Source: Acutalibacteraceae bacterium (GTDB lineage Bacteria; Bacillota; Clostridia; Oscillospirales; Acutalibacteraceae). From it: a DNA stretch of 64,000 bases. This document shows positions 10,162-21,500 of this stretch, piece by piece. Below the pieces are notes generated by a model. That model searched no databases. It was not told where the DNA came from and saw nothing but the letters and a program-made list of their open reading frames with translations. The translations under genes were made by a program, and so were the position numbers. The stretch is from positions 6,614 to 70,613 of the forward strand of contig JAZSQU010000017.1 in the NCBI GenBank assembly GCA_045538095.1, read 5' to 3'. How positions within the stretch are numbered: position 1 is the stretch's first letter; every line of letters starts with the position of its first letter.

Positions 10162-11355
10162 TCAGTTAGTATAATTGTCGAAGTAGCCCTGAACAAGTAC
10201 AACGGGTGTACCCTTGTCGCCTGAGCCGCTTGTAAGGTCGCAGAGTGAACCGATAAGGTCGGTGAATTTTCTGGGTGTTGTACCCTGAGAAGCCATATTA
10301 CCAACAAGGCTTTCTTCACCTTTTTCCTTGATTCTTTCGCTGATAGCCTTTTTAAGCTCGTCGCCTGAAAGATCCTTGAAATCGTTGTCTGCAAGATACT
10401 TGAGCTTAAGCTCGTTGGGTGTGCCCTCAAGGCCCTTTGTATATCCTGGTGAAACGCAGGGGTCAGCAAGCTCCCAGATTTTACCCTGAGGATCCTTAAA
10501 TGCACCGTCACCGTATACCATAACCTCAATCTTCTTGCCTGTCTTTTCAATAAGATACTGCTGAGCCTTGTTTACGAACTCATTGCAGTTCTTCGGAAAG
10601 AGCTTAATCATATCTTCAGTTGACTTGTTTGAACCGAGAAGACCGAAATCAGCATTGAAGCCACTGCCGTCAACTGATGAAGTGAGAATGTCGTCCATAC
10701 CGCATACAATCTTTGCACCTGCTGCTTTGAGAAGTCTTTTTGTTCTCGCTCTTGTGTGAATGTCGCAGGTAAGAACACAGTCGGTGTAGTCAAGAATTGC
10801 CTTTGCCTGGTTTGCAAAAACAACCTCACATTCTGCACCTGCTTCAGTTATAATCTGTGAATAGTAATCTACATAGTCAACACCTGTGAACTCGTGCTTG
10901 TTTTCGCCGAAAAGTTCACGGTACTTGCTGAGAGAAAGAACATCACTGTAAGGATTTACGCCTGCCTCGTCAAGCTGATCATAAGTGAGAAGATGGTTAC
11001 CAACCTCATCACTGGGATAGCTGAGCATAAGCACAATTTTCTTTGCACCCATTGCAATACCCTTAAGACAGATTGCAAAACGGTTTCTTGAAAGAATCGG
11101 GAAAATTACGCCGACGGTTTCACCGCCGAGCTTTGCTTTTACATCCTTAGCAATAGCCTCTACTGAAGCATAGTTACCCTGACTTCTTGCAAGTATTGAT
11201 TCTGTAACTGCAACAACGTCTTTATCACGAAGCTGGAAGCCGTCAATTTCGGCTGCTTCAACAACACTGTCGCAAACAATCTTTGCAAGGTCGTCACCTT
11301 CACGGATAATCGGGCAACGGATACCTCTTGAAATAGTGCCTGTTCTTCTTTGCAT
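10162..11355 (-). CDS. CofE/F420-0:gamma-glutamyl ligase-like fold protein
   Basis: 397 aa. N-terminal VAVTESILARSQG and C-terminal SGSGDKGTPVVLVQG resemble CofE-family motifs, judged from memory with no search. Confidence 0.5.
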   Translation of the reverse strand: MQRRTGTISRGIRCPIIREGDDLAKIVCDSVVEAAEIDGFQLRDKDVVAVTESILARSQGNYASVEAIAKDVKAKLGGETVGVIFPILSRNRFAICLKGIAMGAKKIVLMLSYPSDEVGNHLLTYDQLDEAGVNPYSDVLSLSKYRELFGENKHEFTGVDYVDYYSQIITEAGAECEVVFANQAKAILDYTDCVLTCDIHTRARTKRLLKAAGAKIVCGMDDILTSSVDGSGFNADFGLLGSNKSTEDMIKLFPKNCNEFVNKAQQYLIEKTGKKIEVMVYGDGAFKDPQGKIWELADPCVSPGYTKGLEGTPNELKLKYLADNDFKDLSGDELKKAISERIKEKGEESLVGNMASQGTTPRKFTDLIGSLCDLTSGSGDKGTPVVLVQGYFDNYTN

Positions 11356-11626
11356 ATAAATTACCCCTTAAAATCATGTTATCAATTTCGAATAGCTCGA
11401 TAACTAATACTTTCATATTTTATCACTATGAACGCAAGAAATCAATATTTCTGCGTTTAATATTATGCCCATTTACAAAAAAATTTTTGTATAAAATGAC
11501 AAATATACTATTATTATGCTCACCTGAGCAGTTTTTAAGAATGATTTTTTTATTGCTGCGTGGGTTTTCTTTTAATTCTGTGTATTATATAATGAAGACG
11601 GAAACGGAACACACGGAGGTGACAAA

Positions 11627-12172
11627 ATGCAGGCAGAGAAAATCATTGAGGGTCTGAAAGAGAAAAAGCAGGAAAGTCTTACGGAATTCCGACTTTGCTA
11701 CAAACCCCTCATACACTACATACTTATACCCATACTTAAAGACGAAAGAGATATTGAAGAATGCTTTTCCGACATAACTGTAATGGTGTGGAACAACATT
11801 CAATTCTACAATCCTGAAAAAGCAACCTTTACCACCTGGCTTACGGCAATCAGCCGCAACGCCGCATTCAACAAAGCTCGAAATCTGAAAAAAATCAATC
11901 AGAACGAAGAACCGATTTATGAAAACACACCTTCACCCTGCATTTCACCTGAGGAAACTGCCATCAGAAAAGAACAGCAAAAACTTTTGCAAAAGGCAAT
12001 TTCAACTCTTTCAAAAGAAAATCAAAGTCTCTTTTACAGAAAGTATTATTACATGCAGTCCACTTCACAGATTGCTGCTGAGCTTGGCTTAAGCGAAAGA
12101 GCAGTTGAAGGCAGACTTTACCGTATCAAACAAAATTTAAGAAAACAACTGGGAGGTGACAAGGATGAATGA
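11627..12172 (+). CDS. ECF-type sigma-70 family RNA polymerase sigma factor
   Basis: 181 aa. Region 2 (TWLTAISRNAAFN) and a region 4 HTH (SQIAAELGLSERAVEGRLYRIKQNLR). GGAGGTG RBS. Confidence 0.85.
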   Translation: MQAEKIIEGLKEKKQESLTEFRLCYKPLIHYILIPILKDERDIEECFSDITVMVWNNIQFYNPEKATFTTWLTAISRNAAFNKARNLKKINQNEEPIYENTPSPCISPEETAIRKEQQKLLQKAISTLSKENQSLFYRKYYYMQSTSQIAAELGLSERAVEGRLYRIKQNLRKQLGGDKDE

Positions 12173-13664
12173 AAACAATTTTGATTTTTTAAGCGACAGT
12201 CAGATTTCCGAAATGCTTTCTCCTTTTCCGCCGCCTGACAGTGTAACAAAGACAGTCTCACCCTGGCGAAAAGCAACAAGACAGATGCTCATAGGTTTCG
12301 CACTGACTGCAGTTGTACCGCAGATTTTTCCTCTTAATTTAATCTGTCCCGTTGCCGGTTCAATCTCTTTGTTTCTTGGGTTCAGAAGTCTGAGGAAAGA
12401 AAACAAATGGTTTTTCTTCGGTTTTGTTCTCAGCTCAATAATCCTCGGTTTTGAAGGCATTTCAATTTTTCTGAATTCATCGGTTGTGCGCTATACATCA
12501 GAAAGCTCTGCACCGTTTTCAGCCATGTCTCTCGGTTCACTACTGCTTGTATTTCTTACATCAGTTTCAATTTCAGCAGGCATCATAACCGTAAAAAAGA
12601 GGCTCGGCTATGCTTCATCAGCCTTATCTCCTTTTGCACTCGTCGGAATAATGTCACTCATCATCTTTCTTGCCCTCATAAACTTCACCGGCGCACTTGC
12701 TTTCTTTGTGCTTATAGCTTATGTTCTTGTTTTCGTCTGTCTTATAAGGCTTTCAAAATCACTTGATGAAATCGGATACTCCATTAAAATTGCAGGTGCA
12801 GTAAACTCAGATAAAACAGTTACAACAATATGCCTGGGTCTTGCGTTTCTCATTTCACTTACGGGTTATGTTTTCTTCGCACGTTACCCTATGGAATGGA
12901 AACCTCAGGTAAAAAACGAAAGTGCACAGATTGAGGAAATCAAAACAAATCTTCTTTCTTTAGGTTTTCCTGAAGATGTTCTTTCCGACCTTAAGGATGA
13001 GGATATTCTTGATTATGAGGATGCAGTTTATGTCGATTCAGATACCACATATCAAGCATTCAACAACGGCAGAAAAGTCAGAAGGACTTCAGGTAACACT
13101 ACATACATCCACACGGAATATGACGAAAAGGAAATGCAGTTCACTATTGTTTATGCTCTCATAAATGAAGAAGAAAACGAATGGAAAATCTTGCATCATT
13201 TCAAGTGGGTTATTGATAACGGCTACTATGCAACAGAAGGTATTTCCGTCGACTGGCCCAACGACAGGTACTCTTTTGTAACAGAAGATGTCAGTGGCAG
13301 GGTGCTTTACGACAGCGACGGTATTACATATATTTCACCTTTTTTTAAAGAGGGAAATCAGGTATATTCATCAAACTCAATTTTTAATTACGGCAGTGTA
13401 TTTGATACATATTTTGCTGAGTTTTCTTATCCGCTTAAAGGAGAAAACAAACGAGGCTATGCTACTTATTCAGTAAGAGTCAATGACTCCATACTTTGCG
13501 AGAATTCTTGTCTCAATTACGCACACAATGCAAGTCCCCTGCAATACCCCGTTAAATCAAGCGTAGATATTCTGAAAGAATGGCCAACAGATAATCGGTC
13601 GTTTAAAGTCAGACAGCACGTGGTCCTTATTAGTTTTGGTGAGTACCTAATCAAATCAGAATAA
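12165..13664 (+). CDS. Polytopic membrane protein with large C-terminal extracytoplasmic domain; putative anti-sigma factor
   Basis: Start ATG 12165 overlaps the sigma gene stop (ATGAATGA), with GGGAGGTG 6 nt upstream. About 6-7 hydrophobic segments are followed by a ~260-aa soluble domain. Confidence 0.6.
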   Translation: MNENNFDFLSDSQISEMLSPFPPPDSVTKTVSPWRKATRQMLIGFALTAVVPQIFPLNLICPVAGSISLFLGFRSLRKENKWFFFGFVLSSIILGFEGISIFLNSSVVRYTSESSAPFSAMSLGSLLLVFLTSVSISAGIITVKKRLGYASSALSPFALVGIMSLIIFLALINFTGALAFFVLIAYVLVFVCLIRLSKSLDEIGYSIKIAGAVNSDKTVTTICLGLAFLISLTGYVFFARYPMEWKPQVKNESAQIEEIKTNLLSLGFPEDVLSDLKDEDILDYEDAVYVDSDTTYQAFNNGRKVRRTSGNTTYIHTEYDEKEMQFTIVYALINEEENEWKILHHFKWVIDNGYYATEGISVDWPNDRYSFVTEDVSGRVLYDSDGITYISPFFKEGNQVYSSNSIFNYGSVFDTYFAEFSYPLKGENKRGYATYSVRVNDSILCENSCLNYAHNASPLQYPVKSSVDILKEWPTDNRSFKVRQHVVLISFGEYLIKSE

Positions 13665-13737
13665 TAAGCACCCGACCCACCAAGCAATCAAAGATTGCGG
13701 TCAGGTGCCCAAACCCTTGTTATTTTACAACAAAACA

Positions 13738-13770
13738 GGCTGATGCAAAACGCATCAGCCTTTCATTTTT
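13738..13770. terminator. Bidirectional rho-independent terminator between convergent genes
   Basis: Arms ggctgatgc (13738-13746) and gcatcagcc (13752-13760), followed by tttcattttt. An A-run lies on the other side. Confidence 0.75.
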
Positions 13771-13780
13771 GATTTAAATC

Positions 13781-14794
13781 TTAGCCAAGTGCTACAACAC
13801 CTGTCTCGTTAAGCACGAGAAGAAGCATATAAGCGGCATAAATTGTGAGAAGTGCAAAGCCCTGCCACTTTTTGAATTTGCCCTGAATGATTGTGGGAAC
13901 AACTGCAACTGCACAAGCAGCGATACATACAGGGAAGTCAAACACAATATTGATTTTTTCAACAGGAAGTGCTGTGCCGTTGATTACTGCACAAAGAGGA
14001 AGAATAAGTGTTGTGTCGATAATGTTTGCACCGATGATGTTACCAACTGAAAGTGAGGATTCCTTCTTACGGATAGCTGTGAGAGTGGTAACAAGCTCGG
14101 GAAGTGATGTGCCGAGAGCAATTACGGTAAAGCCGATGATTGTTTCGCTGATACCCATTCCTGTAGCGATTGTTTTACCCGAGGAAACAAGGAACTCTGC
14201 ACCGAACACTATTGAAGCTGTACCTATAATGAAGAAGAAAATCTTACCGGGAAGCTCTTTCTTTTCGTATGAGTCAATATCGTCTGTAGCTGCGCCTTTT
14301 TTGCCTTCAATAACATTGCTTATCATAAAGATAAGGAAGATTGCCCAAAGAACAAAGGCTGACCAGGTGGGAAGTGAACCACTCAGTGAAAGGAGTGTAA
14401 GACCCACAATTGCAGCAAGGAAAAGTCCGCCCTTAAGAGAGAAGCTCTTTCTGTTTACAAGACCTGCCATTGCAACAAGGGAAACGCCCATAATAAGAGT
14501 TGTGTTTGCCGTAACTGAACCGATAGCGTTACCGATTGCAAGCTGTGCTGAGCCGTTCATTGCTGCTCTTACTGAAACGAGAAGCTCGGGAAGGGTTGTT
14601 GCAAAAGAAACGATTGTTGCACCTACAACGAACTTGGGAATACCTGTTGCCTCAGCGAACCATGAAGCTGAATCAACGAACCAGTCGCCGCCCTTGATTG
14701 TGAGAACAAGACCTACAACAAAGATAACTGCAGCAACTGCCATAAGTGCTCCGCCTGAAAGGGAGCCAAAAAGAGTAAAGCCGAAAAATTCCAT
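13781..14794 (-). CDS. CaCA-family sodium/calcium exchanger (YrbG-like)
   Basis: 337 aa, about 10 TM segments, two alpha-repeat motifs (GNAIGS.., GNIIGANI). Confidence 0.8.
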   Translation of the reverse strand: MEFFGFTLFGSLSGGALMAVAAVIFVVGLVLTIKGGDWFVDSASWFAEATGIPKFVVGATIVSFATTLPELLVSVRAAMNGSAQLAIGNAIGSVTANTTLIMGVSLVAMAGLVNRKSFSLKGGLFLAAIVGLTLLSLSGSLPTWSAFVLWAIFLIFMISNVIEGKKGAATDDIDSYEKKELPGKIFFFIIGTASIVFGAEFLVSSGKTIATGMGISETIIGFTVIALGTSLPELVTTLTAIRKKESSLSVGNIIGANIIDTTLILPLCAVINGTALPVEKINIVFDFPVCIAACAVAVVPTIIQGKFKKWQGFALLTIYAAYMLLLVLNETGVVALG

Positions 14795-14877
14795 TTGTTT
14801 TTCCTCCGTTTTGTTTTTTATTAAAGATTTTAAACGAACTTAAATATTATATCACAGATTTTTAAGTTTATCAATAT

Positions 14878-15360
14878 TTATTTGTGATATTTCGTTCCTG
14901 CAGAAATCTGTACAGCTCTGTAAATCTGTTCAAGGAGCATAATTCTCGCAAGCTGATGGGGAAAAGTCATTTTGCTCATTGAAAGCTTTTTACTGCTCAT
15001 TTTCTTGATAGTGTCAGAAAGTCCGAAGGAGCTTCCGATTATAAAAACAATACTGCTTGTACCTGCAACACCGACATTTTCAATTTCAGCACTGAGCTCT
15101 TCGCTGCTTATCTGCTTACCCTCAATGCAAAGAGAGTATATGTATGAGCCTTTCGGAATTTTCTCGGTTATTTTCTTAGCCTCAGAAGCAAGCGCGTTTT
15201 CAATCTCCTTTTCCGAAGGGTTGTCGCTGAGCTTTTCAGGTGTCAGCTCAACTATATTAAGCTTGCAGAAGGCTGAGAGCCTTTTTGAATATTCGTCACT
15301 TGCGTCACGGAGATACTTCTCCTTAAGCTTACCAAGACAGATAATTGTAACATTAAGCAT
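14878..15360 (-). CDS. rlmH: 23S rRNA (pseudouridine1915-N3)-methyltransferase
   Basis: 160 aa SPOUT protein. MLNVTIICLGKLKEKYL... is typical RlmH. Confidence 0.85.
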   Translation of the reverse strand: MLNVTIICLGKLKEKYLRDASDEYSKRLSAFCKLNIVELTPEKLSDNPSEKEIENALASEAKKITEKIPKGSYIYSLCIEGKQISSEELSAEIENVGVAGTSSIVFIIGSSFGLSDTIKKMSSKKLSMSKMTFPHQLARIMLLEQIYRAVQISAGTKYHK

Positions 15361-15369
15361 TTTTTCACC

Positions 15370-16161
15370 TCAGAATCTTACAACATCACGGTCGTTTTCT
15401 ATTTTGTTTACCTCAAGGAAGAAATCTCTGCCCTCAGCTGCACCTATTGTTTTAAGAGCAGAAGCCGAGGTTTCATAAGCAAGCTCGGGAAAATTATTGT
15501 CACGGCTGAGATGTCCGAGGAAAAAGCGCACCGTGCCGCTTTTTAAAAGCTCTGTAACTGCCTCAGCGCAACTGTTGTTGGAAAGGTGTCCCACATCGGA
15601 GAGTATTCGTCTTTTAAGATAGTAAGGATAAGGCCCGTTTCTGAGCATTCCTTCGTCGTGGTTTGATTCAAGCATTACAAGACTTGACCCTCTCAGATTA
15701 TCCATAATCTCCTCAGTCATATGACCTATATCCGTAGCAATTGCCGTTTTCTGACCGTCAGGAAGAGTTACGGTATAGCCGCAGCTTTCACGGCTGTCGT
15801 GAGGCGTTTTAAAGCTTTTTACGAAAAGGTCACCTATGTTAAGACCGCTTTCAGGCATAACCTCAACGGAAAATTTTCCGTTAAGTACTCCGTTTTCTTT
15901 TAGAGCCTCAAGAGTACCCTCAGTTGCATAAACAGGAATGTTGTGGTTGGTTGCAAGGATTCTTACGGCATTGACGTGGTCAATATGCTCGTGGGTTATG
16001 AATATTCCCCCAAGGGTTTTCGGGTCAATTCCTCTGTCAGAAAGAGCCTTTACCATTCTTTTAGCCGAAACCCCTGCATCAACGAGAATTGAAGTTGTAG
16101 CAGAGGAAAGAAAGGTGGAATTTCCCGACGAAGAAGAAAAAAGTGAACAGAATCTTGCCAT
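15370..16161 (-). CDS. MBL-fold metallo-hydrolase (YycJ/WalJ-like)
   Basis: 263 aa with the HEHIDH motif. Confidence 0.8.
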   Translation of the reverse strand: MARFCSLFSSSSGNSTFLSSATTSILVDAGVSAKRMVKALSDRGIDPKTLGGIFITHEHIDHVNAVRILATNHNIPVYATEGTLEALKENGVLNGKFSVEVMPESGLNIGDLFVKSFKTPHDSRESCGYTVTLPDGQKTAIATDIGHMTEEIMDNLRGSSLVMLESNHDEGMLRNGPYPYYLKRRILSDVGHLSNNSCAEAVTELLKSGTVRFFLGHLSRDNNFPELAYETSASALKTIGAAEGRDFFLEVNKIENDRDVVRF

Positions 16162-16220
16162 TGTAATATCTCCTAAAAAAAATCGGTAATACCGAAGTAT
16201 TGCCGATTTAAGTTTTGTAT

Positions 16221-17520
16221 TTAACCTGCATTGATGTTTGAACTGTCGTTTTCTCTGATTTCTTTTCTGTAGATATCAGCACCAAGATTTCTCAGCTTTT
16301 CAACGTAGTCCTCATAACCGCGGTCAATGTAAATAATGTCTTCAATTTCAGTAATGCCGCTTGCAGCAAGACCTGCAATAATCATAGCGGCACCTGCACG
16401 AAGGTCGTCTGCTCTTACGGGTGCACCGGTGAGTTCATTGACGCCCTGGATAACGGCGATTGTACCGTCAACCTGAACATTTGCGCCCATTCTCATAAGC
16501 TGATCGAGATACTTGAAACGGTTATCCCAAACGCCCTCAGAAACAACGCTTGTGCCCTTTGCAATACTGAGAAGCACTGCCATCTGAGGCTGCATGTCTG
16601 TGGGGAAGCCGGGATGGGGCATTGTTTTAAGGTTGCACTTTTTGAATTCGCCGTTGGATTTTACTCTTACAGCATCGTCATATTCTGTAATTTCAACACC
16701 GCATTCAACCATTTTTGCAGTGATTGATTCAAGGTGCTTGGGAATAACATTCTTAACAATTACGTCACCGCCTGAAGCAGCGGCAGCAACCATATAAGTA
16801 CCTGCTTCAATCTGGTCGGGAATAATTGAATATGTGCAGCCGTGAAGATTCTGTACACCGTGGATTTTGATAACGTCTGTACCTGCACCTCTTACGTCGG
16901 CGCCCATAGCATTAAGGAAGTTTGCAAGGTCAACAATATGGGGCTCCTTGGCAGCGTTTTCAATTATTGTAAGTCCTCTCGCCTTAACCGCAGCAAGCAT
17001 AATGTTGATTGTTGCGCCTACTGACACCTTGTCCATATAGATAGGACTGCCTGTAAGGTAATCAGCTGAAGCGTTAATCATTGCGTTTTCAACTGCTGCA
17101 GTGGCACCAAGAAGCTCAAAGCCTCTGATGTGAAGGTCAATAGGTCTTACGCCGAAGTTACAACCACCGGGAAGGGCTACCTTAGCTCTGTTATATCTGC
17201 CGAGAAGAGCACCGATGAGATAATAAGAAGCTCTTAACTGCTTCGTCATCTCGTGAGGCACAATATATGAGTTAACGGTTTTTGTGTTAATTTCAATTGT
17301 ATGTTTATTTATATATTTAATCTGTGCACCCATCTGGCTAAGAATTTTAACCATACAGGTTACGTCACTGATATTCGGTATATTTTCAATGCGACAGACA
17401 TCCTGTGCAAGCAAAGTTGCAGGAATAATTGCTACAGCGGCATTTTTTGCACCGCTGATTTCAACTTCACCGAAGAGTCTGTTACCGCCATGGATAACAA
17501 GCTTTTCCAAATCAAATCTC
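16221..17520 (-). CDS. murA: UDP-N-acetylglucosamine 1-carboxyvinyltransferase
   Basis: Strong MurA similarity throughout (EISGAKNAAV...). I place the start at TTG 17520, with AGGAG 8 nt upstream. The 17636 start in the ORF track adds a non-homologous extension. Confidence 0.85.
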
Positions 17521-17911
17521 CTCTTTCCGTTTTTTCTTTCGGAAATACTATCTGTATATTTCAAGTAAGTAAATTCTACAATATGTGGTATGCTTTTTTT
17601 GCCAAAAATAGCCAAAGCGCACCATTCAACTGCCATATTATATCATAAAAAAAATGAAAAATAAAGTCTTTTTCGGCTTTTTGTTAAAAATAACCTAAAT
17701 TCTGTTTTTTATCACATAAATTTTATAAAGACAGAGTAGAATTAACCCTCAGACAATAGTTTTTGCATAAATCTTATCTTAATCAGTTTAAAATAATGGC
17801 TTATGCCGTAAGTTTTTCCTTTTGCGCTTTTTTATAAGAAAATTTTATTGATTATAAAATAATTTTTTGATATAATGTAAAATGTATAATTATATGTAAA
17901 GGGGTTTTTCT

Positions 17912-18550
17912 ATGACTCATCTTCAGAAAGCACGTGAGCTTCAGGCAAAAAGCCTGATTGCTGCAATTGAAAAAAGAAATATGACAGCTTACTACTGCGA
18001 AAGCAAAGAGGACTGTCTTAAAAAGGTTTTTGAGCTTATTCCGAAAGAAAGCACAATTGCCTGGGGTGGCAGCGAAAGCATAAAGGAAGTGGGTATTCCT
18101 TCTGCACTTAAAGAAAGCGAAAACTACACCGTTTTTGACAGAGCTGAATATACCACGCCCGAAAAAACAAAGGAGTTCAACAATCTCGCTTTTAATTCCG
18201 ATTACTACTTTATGAGCACCAACGCAATTACTCTTGACGGTGTAATGCTCAACATTGACGGCAACGGAAACAGAGTTGCAAACCTGATTTTCGGGCCTGA
18301 GCACGTTATTGTTGTCGTTGGTATGAACAAGGTTGTAAAAGACGTTGACGAAGCTTATAACAGAGTAAGAAACATTGCTTCACCGCCCAACACCATTAGA
18401 CTCAGCAAAAACACACCCTGTTCAAAACTCGGCAAGTGCGGTAACTGCTACGGTGAGGACTGCATATGTAACCAGATTGTAATTACAAGAAGAAGCCGTG
18501 TCAAAGAGCGTATTATTGTTCTTCTCGTAAACGATAATTTAGGTTTCTGA
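17912..18550 (+). CDS. LUD-domain (YkgG/LutC-like, DUF162) protein
   Basis: 212 aa. The NAITLDGVMLNIDGNGNR and GMNKVV motifs are typical of LUD domains. C-terminal Cys cluster. Confidence 0.6.
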   Translation: MTHLQKARELQAKSLIAAIEKRNMTAYYCESKEDCLKKVFELIPKESTIAWGGSESIKEVGIPSALKESENYTVFDRAEYTTPEKTKEFNNLAFNSDYYFMSTNAITLDGVMLNIDGNGNRVANLIFGPEHVIVVVGMNKVVKDVDEAYNRVRNIASPPNTIRLSKNTPCSKLGKCGNCYGEDCICNQIVITRRSRVKERIIVLLVNDNLGF

Positions 18551-18579
18551 TAACACTTAAAGAAAAGGAGCTAAGAATT

Positions 18580-21500
18580 ATGAAAACAAACAAAACCCCA
18601 AGACTTCTTGCCCTGTTGCTTTCAGTTATTTTAGTGATGGGCACTTTCTGCATTCCTGCAAGTGCTGCGGCAAAGTCAATTAAAAATGCAACCCTGACCG
18701 TTGCAACTGCAATTTACACAGGCAAAGCCCTCAAGCCTACCGTTAAGGTTAAGCTTTCAGGCAAAACCCTTAATTCAAAGTACTACACCGTAAGCTATAG
18801 CAACAACAAGAATATCGGTAAGGGTACTGTTACCGTAAAGGGTAAAAACGGCTACAGCGGTTCTGTTAAGAAAACTTTCAAAATTGTTCCCAATAAAGTT
18901 TCAGGTATTACCACAGCAACAAACAGCAACACCGTAAAGCTTTCCTGGAAAACCGTAAAGGGTGCAACCCACTATCAGGTATATATGTATGAAGGCGGCG
19001 AATGGGTAAGAAAGGCAACCACAAAGTCACTTTCCGTTAAAATCGGTGACCTCAGCGGCGGCAAGACCTACACCTTCAAAATCAGGGCATATAAGAAGGT
19101 AAGCGGCGAATACTACACCGGTTCATTCTCCTCAAATACAAAAGCAACAACAAAGCTTCCTGCTCCCAAGAATTTCAAAGCTACTTCAGGAGATAAATCA
19201 ATTAAACTTTCCTGGAGCAAGGTTTCAGGTGCTGACGGCTATCAGGTATGGCTACACGACGGAAAGGACTGGACTGATGCAAAAAATACAAGCAAAAACA
19301 GCTATACATTCTCCTCACTCAAAAGCGGCGTTGTTTACGCTTTCAAAGTAAGAGCTTACATAAACAGCAGCTCAAAGGTATACGGCTCATATGCTTCAAC
19401 AATCAAGGCTTCAACTGCTCTCGGTGCAGTTACCGGTCTTGAAGTTTCGGACATCAAGGTTAACTCTGCTAAAATTTCCTGGGACAAGGTTACAGGTGCT
19501 GATTCATACCAAATTGAAAAAGAAAACGAGGTTGGCGATGTAACCTCATACACCACCACTAAGACAAGCTATAACCTTACAGGTCTTACAGATACAACCT
19601 GGGTTACAGTTACTGTAAGAGCTTACAGTGAAGCTTCAAAATCTTACGGTAAGGCTGCAAAAATCAGCTTCCCTGCAAAACCCAATGCTCCCGACAAAAT
19701 TGTGGTTTCCAATATTACCGAAAACAGTGCGAAGCTTGACTTTTCTCTCAGCACCAACCGTTCAGGCTTTGTTGTTTACCTTCATCAGCTTGACAAAAAC
19801 GGTGAAACATTAAAACGCACCAAGGTTGCTGACACAAAGCTTTCAACCACTGTAAAAGACCTTGAAGGTGCAACAAAATACCGTTTTGAAGTTTGCTCAT
19901 ACAACAAATACGACGGCGAATACACCTACAGTGACCCCGTTTATTCAGAGATTTTCACAACCCTTCCCGGTAAGTTGAAGGACCTTAAGGCAATTTCATC
20001 CAAGGATGTTATTTCACTTTCATGGACTCTCCAGTCCGGTGCCGACGGCTACGAGGTTTACGACGGAAACAAGGCTCTTTTAGAGGAGCTGTCCTCCGAC
20101 AAGAATATTTACACTGCTTACTCCCTTGAAGAAGGCAAAGATTACACCTTCTTTGTAAGAGCTTTCATCAAGAATGAAAAAGGCGAAAAGGTTTACGGTG
20201 ATTACACTGAGGTAAGCGCTTCAACAACCGGCACAAAGCTTACAGGTCTTTCCTTTACAAACAAGACAACAAAACTGAGCAAGGGTGAAACCTTCCAGAC
20301 AGAAGTAAGAATTGAACCCGAAACCGCAGAAAACTTTACACTTTCATATTCTTCATCAAACACTGCTGTTGCAATTATCAATAACAGCGGTATCATCACA
20401 GCAGTTGCAGAAGGTTCCACAAAAATCACAGTTTCAAATGCTGATGGCTCAATTTCAGACTCCTTCACTCTTTCAGTTGAAGATATCAAGCTTCAGTCTG
20501 TTTCAGTAAACAGCTCATATACAGTCAACGTAAACGAAAGCGTTGCAATTGTGCCCACTTTCAAGCCCTCAAACGTTTCAGACAAATCCTTCACTCTTTC
20601 AGGTAAGGATTACAGCTACACATATAAGGCAGGTCTTTTCGGCACACAAACAAAGACGGACACCTGCAAGTTTGATGACTACTTCTTCATCGACACCAAA
20701 AACGGCAGACTTCTTGCAAAGCAGGCAACCGTTGAACCCAAGACCGGAAACGCTTTCTCCTTTACCGTGACTCTTACGGCTTCAGGCGGAAAGACAGCAA
20801 CCTTTAAAATTTCTTCAACAACAAGACTTATTTCCGTTTATTACGCAGGCGAGGATAATCCCTGGTATTACGGCAACAGTGCTAAGCTTTCAGCAGACGT
20901 TGATTCTGAGGCAGGCTTCAGAGCTGACTCACTTATCTGGTCATCAAGCAACACAAAGGTAGCAACAGTTTCATCCGACGGTATGGTCAACTGCATAGGC
21001 ACGGGTGAAGTAACAATCACTGCAACTGCACCCGTAGGCACAAAGAGCCACAGCATCACCTTCTATGTAAGAGAAGTTCTTACTCTCAACAAGGATTACT
21101 ACGAAAACTGCAGAATCGGCGAAAGCTACCAGCTTTCAGTTGACATCAAGCCCTCATCCTCAGGTGCTAAGGTGCTTTACCTTTCATCGGATCCCGAAAC
21201 TGCAACAGTAAGCACCACCGGTAAGGTAACCTTTAAGAAAAACGGTCACGTTGAAATCTATGTTTCCTCAGACCTTACCGATACAGTAAAGGCAGTGCTC
21301 ACAACCGGCTCCTGCACACTTCCCGAAGGTTCAAAATCAAAGCTTCTTTCGGTTTTGGAAGACAGTGCAAACAAGATTAAAACTCAGATGCCTGCACTTT
21401 ACCTTTCAACTCTTCCCACCTTCACAAACGTTAAGATTCATAAGGAAGGCAGCTTCAAGACTGATGACCTTGTGGGAATTTTCGAATCCTTCGCTTCTTC

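Noticed and set aside
13887-14843. 318-aa plus-strand ORF
   Set aside because: It is antisense to the well-supported CaCA antiporter gene (13781-14794). Its composition mirrors the membrane-protein codons, and there is no RBS.
16221-17636. ORF-track N-terminal extensions of murA (to 17636), rpsF (to 44631) and mfd (to 53774)
   Set aside because: The extensions are non-homologous, begin at alternative codons inside promoter or leader DNA, and bypass internal starts that have proper SD spacing.
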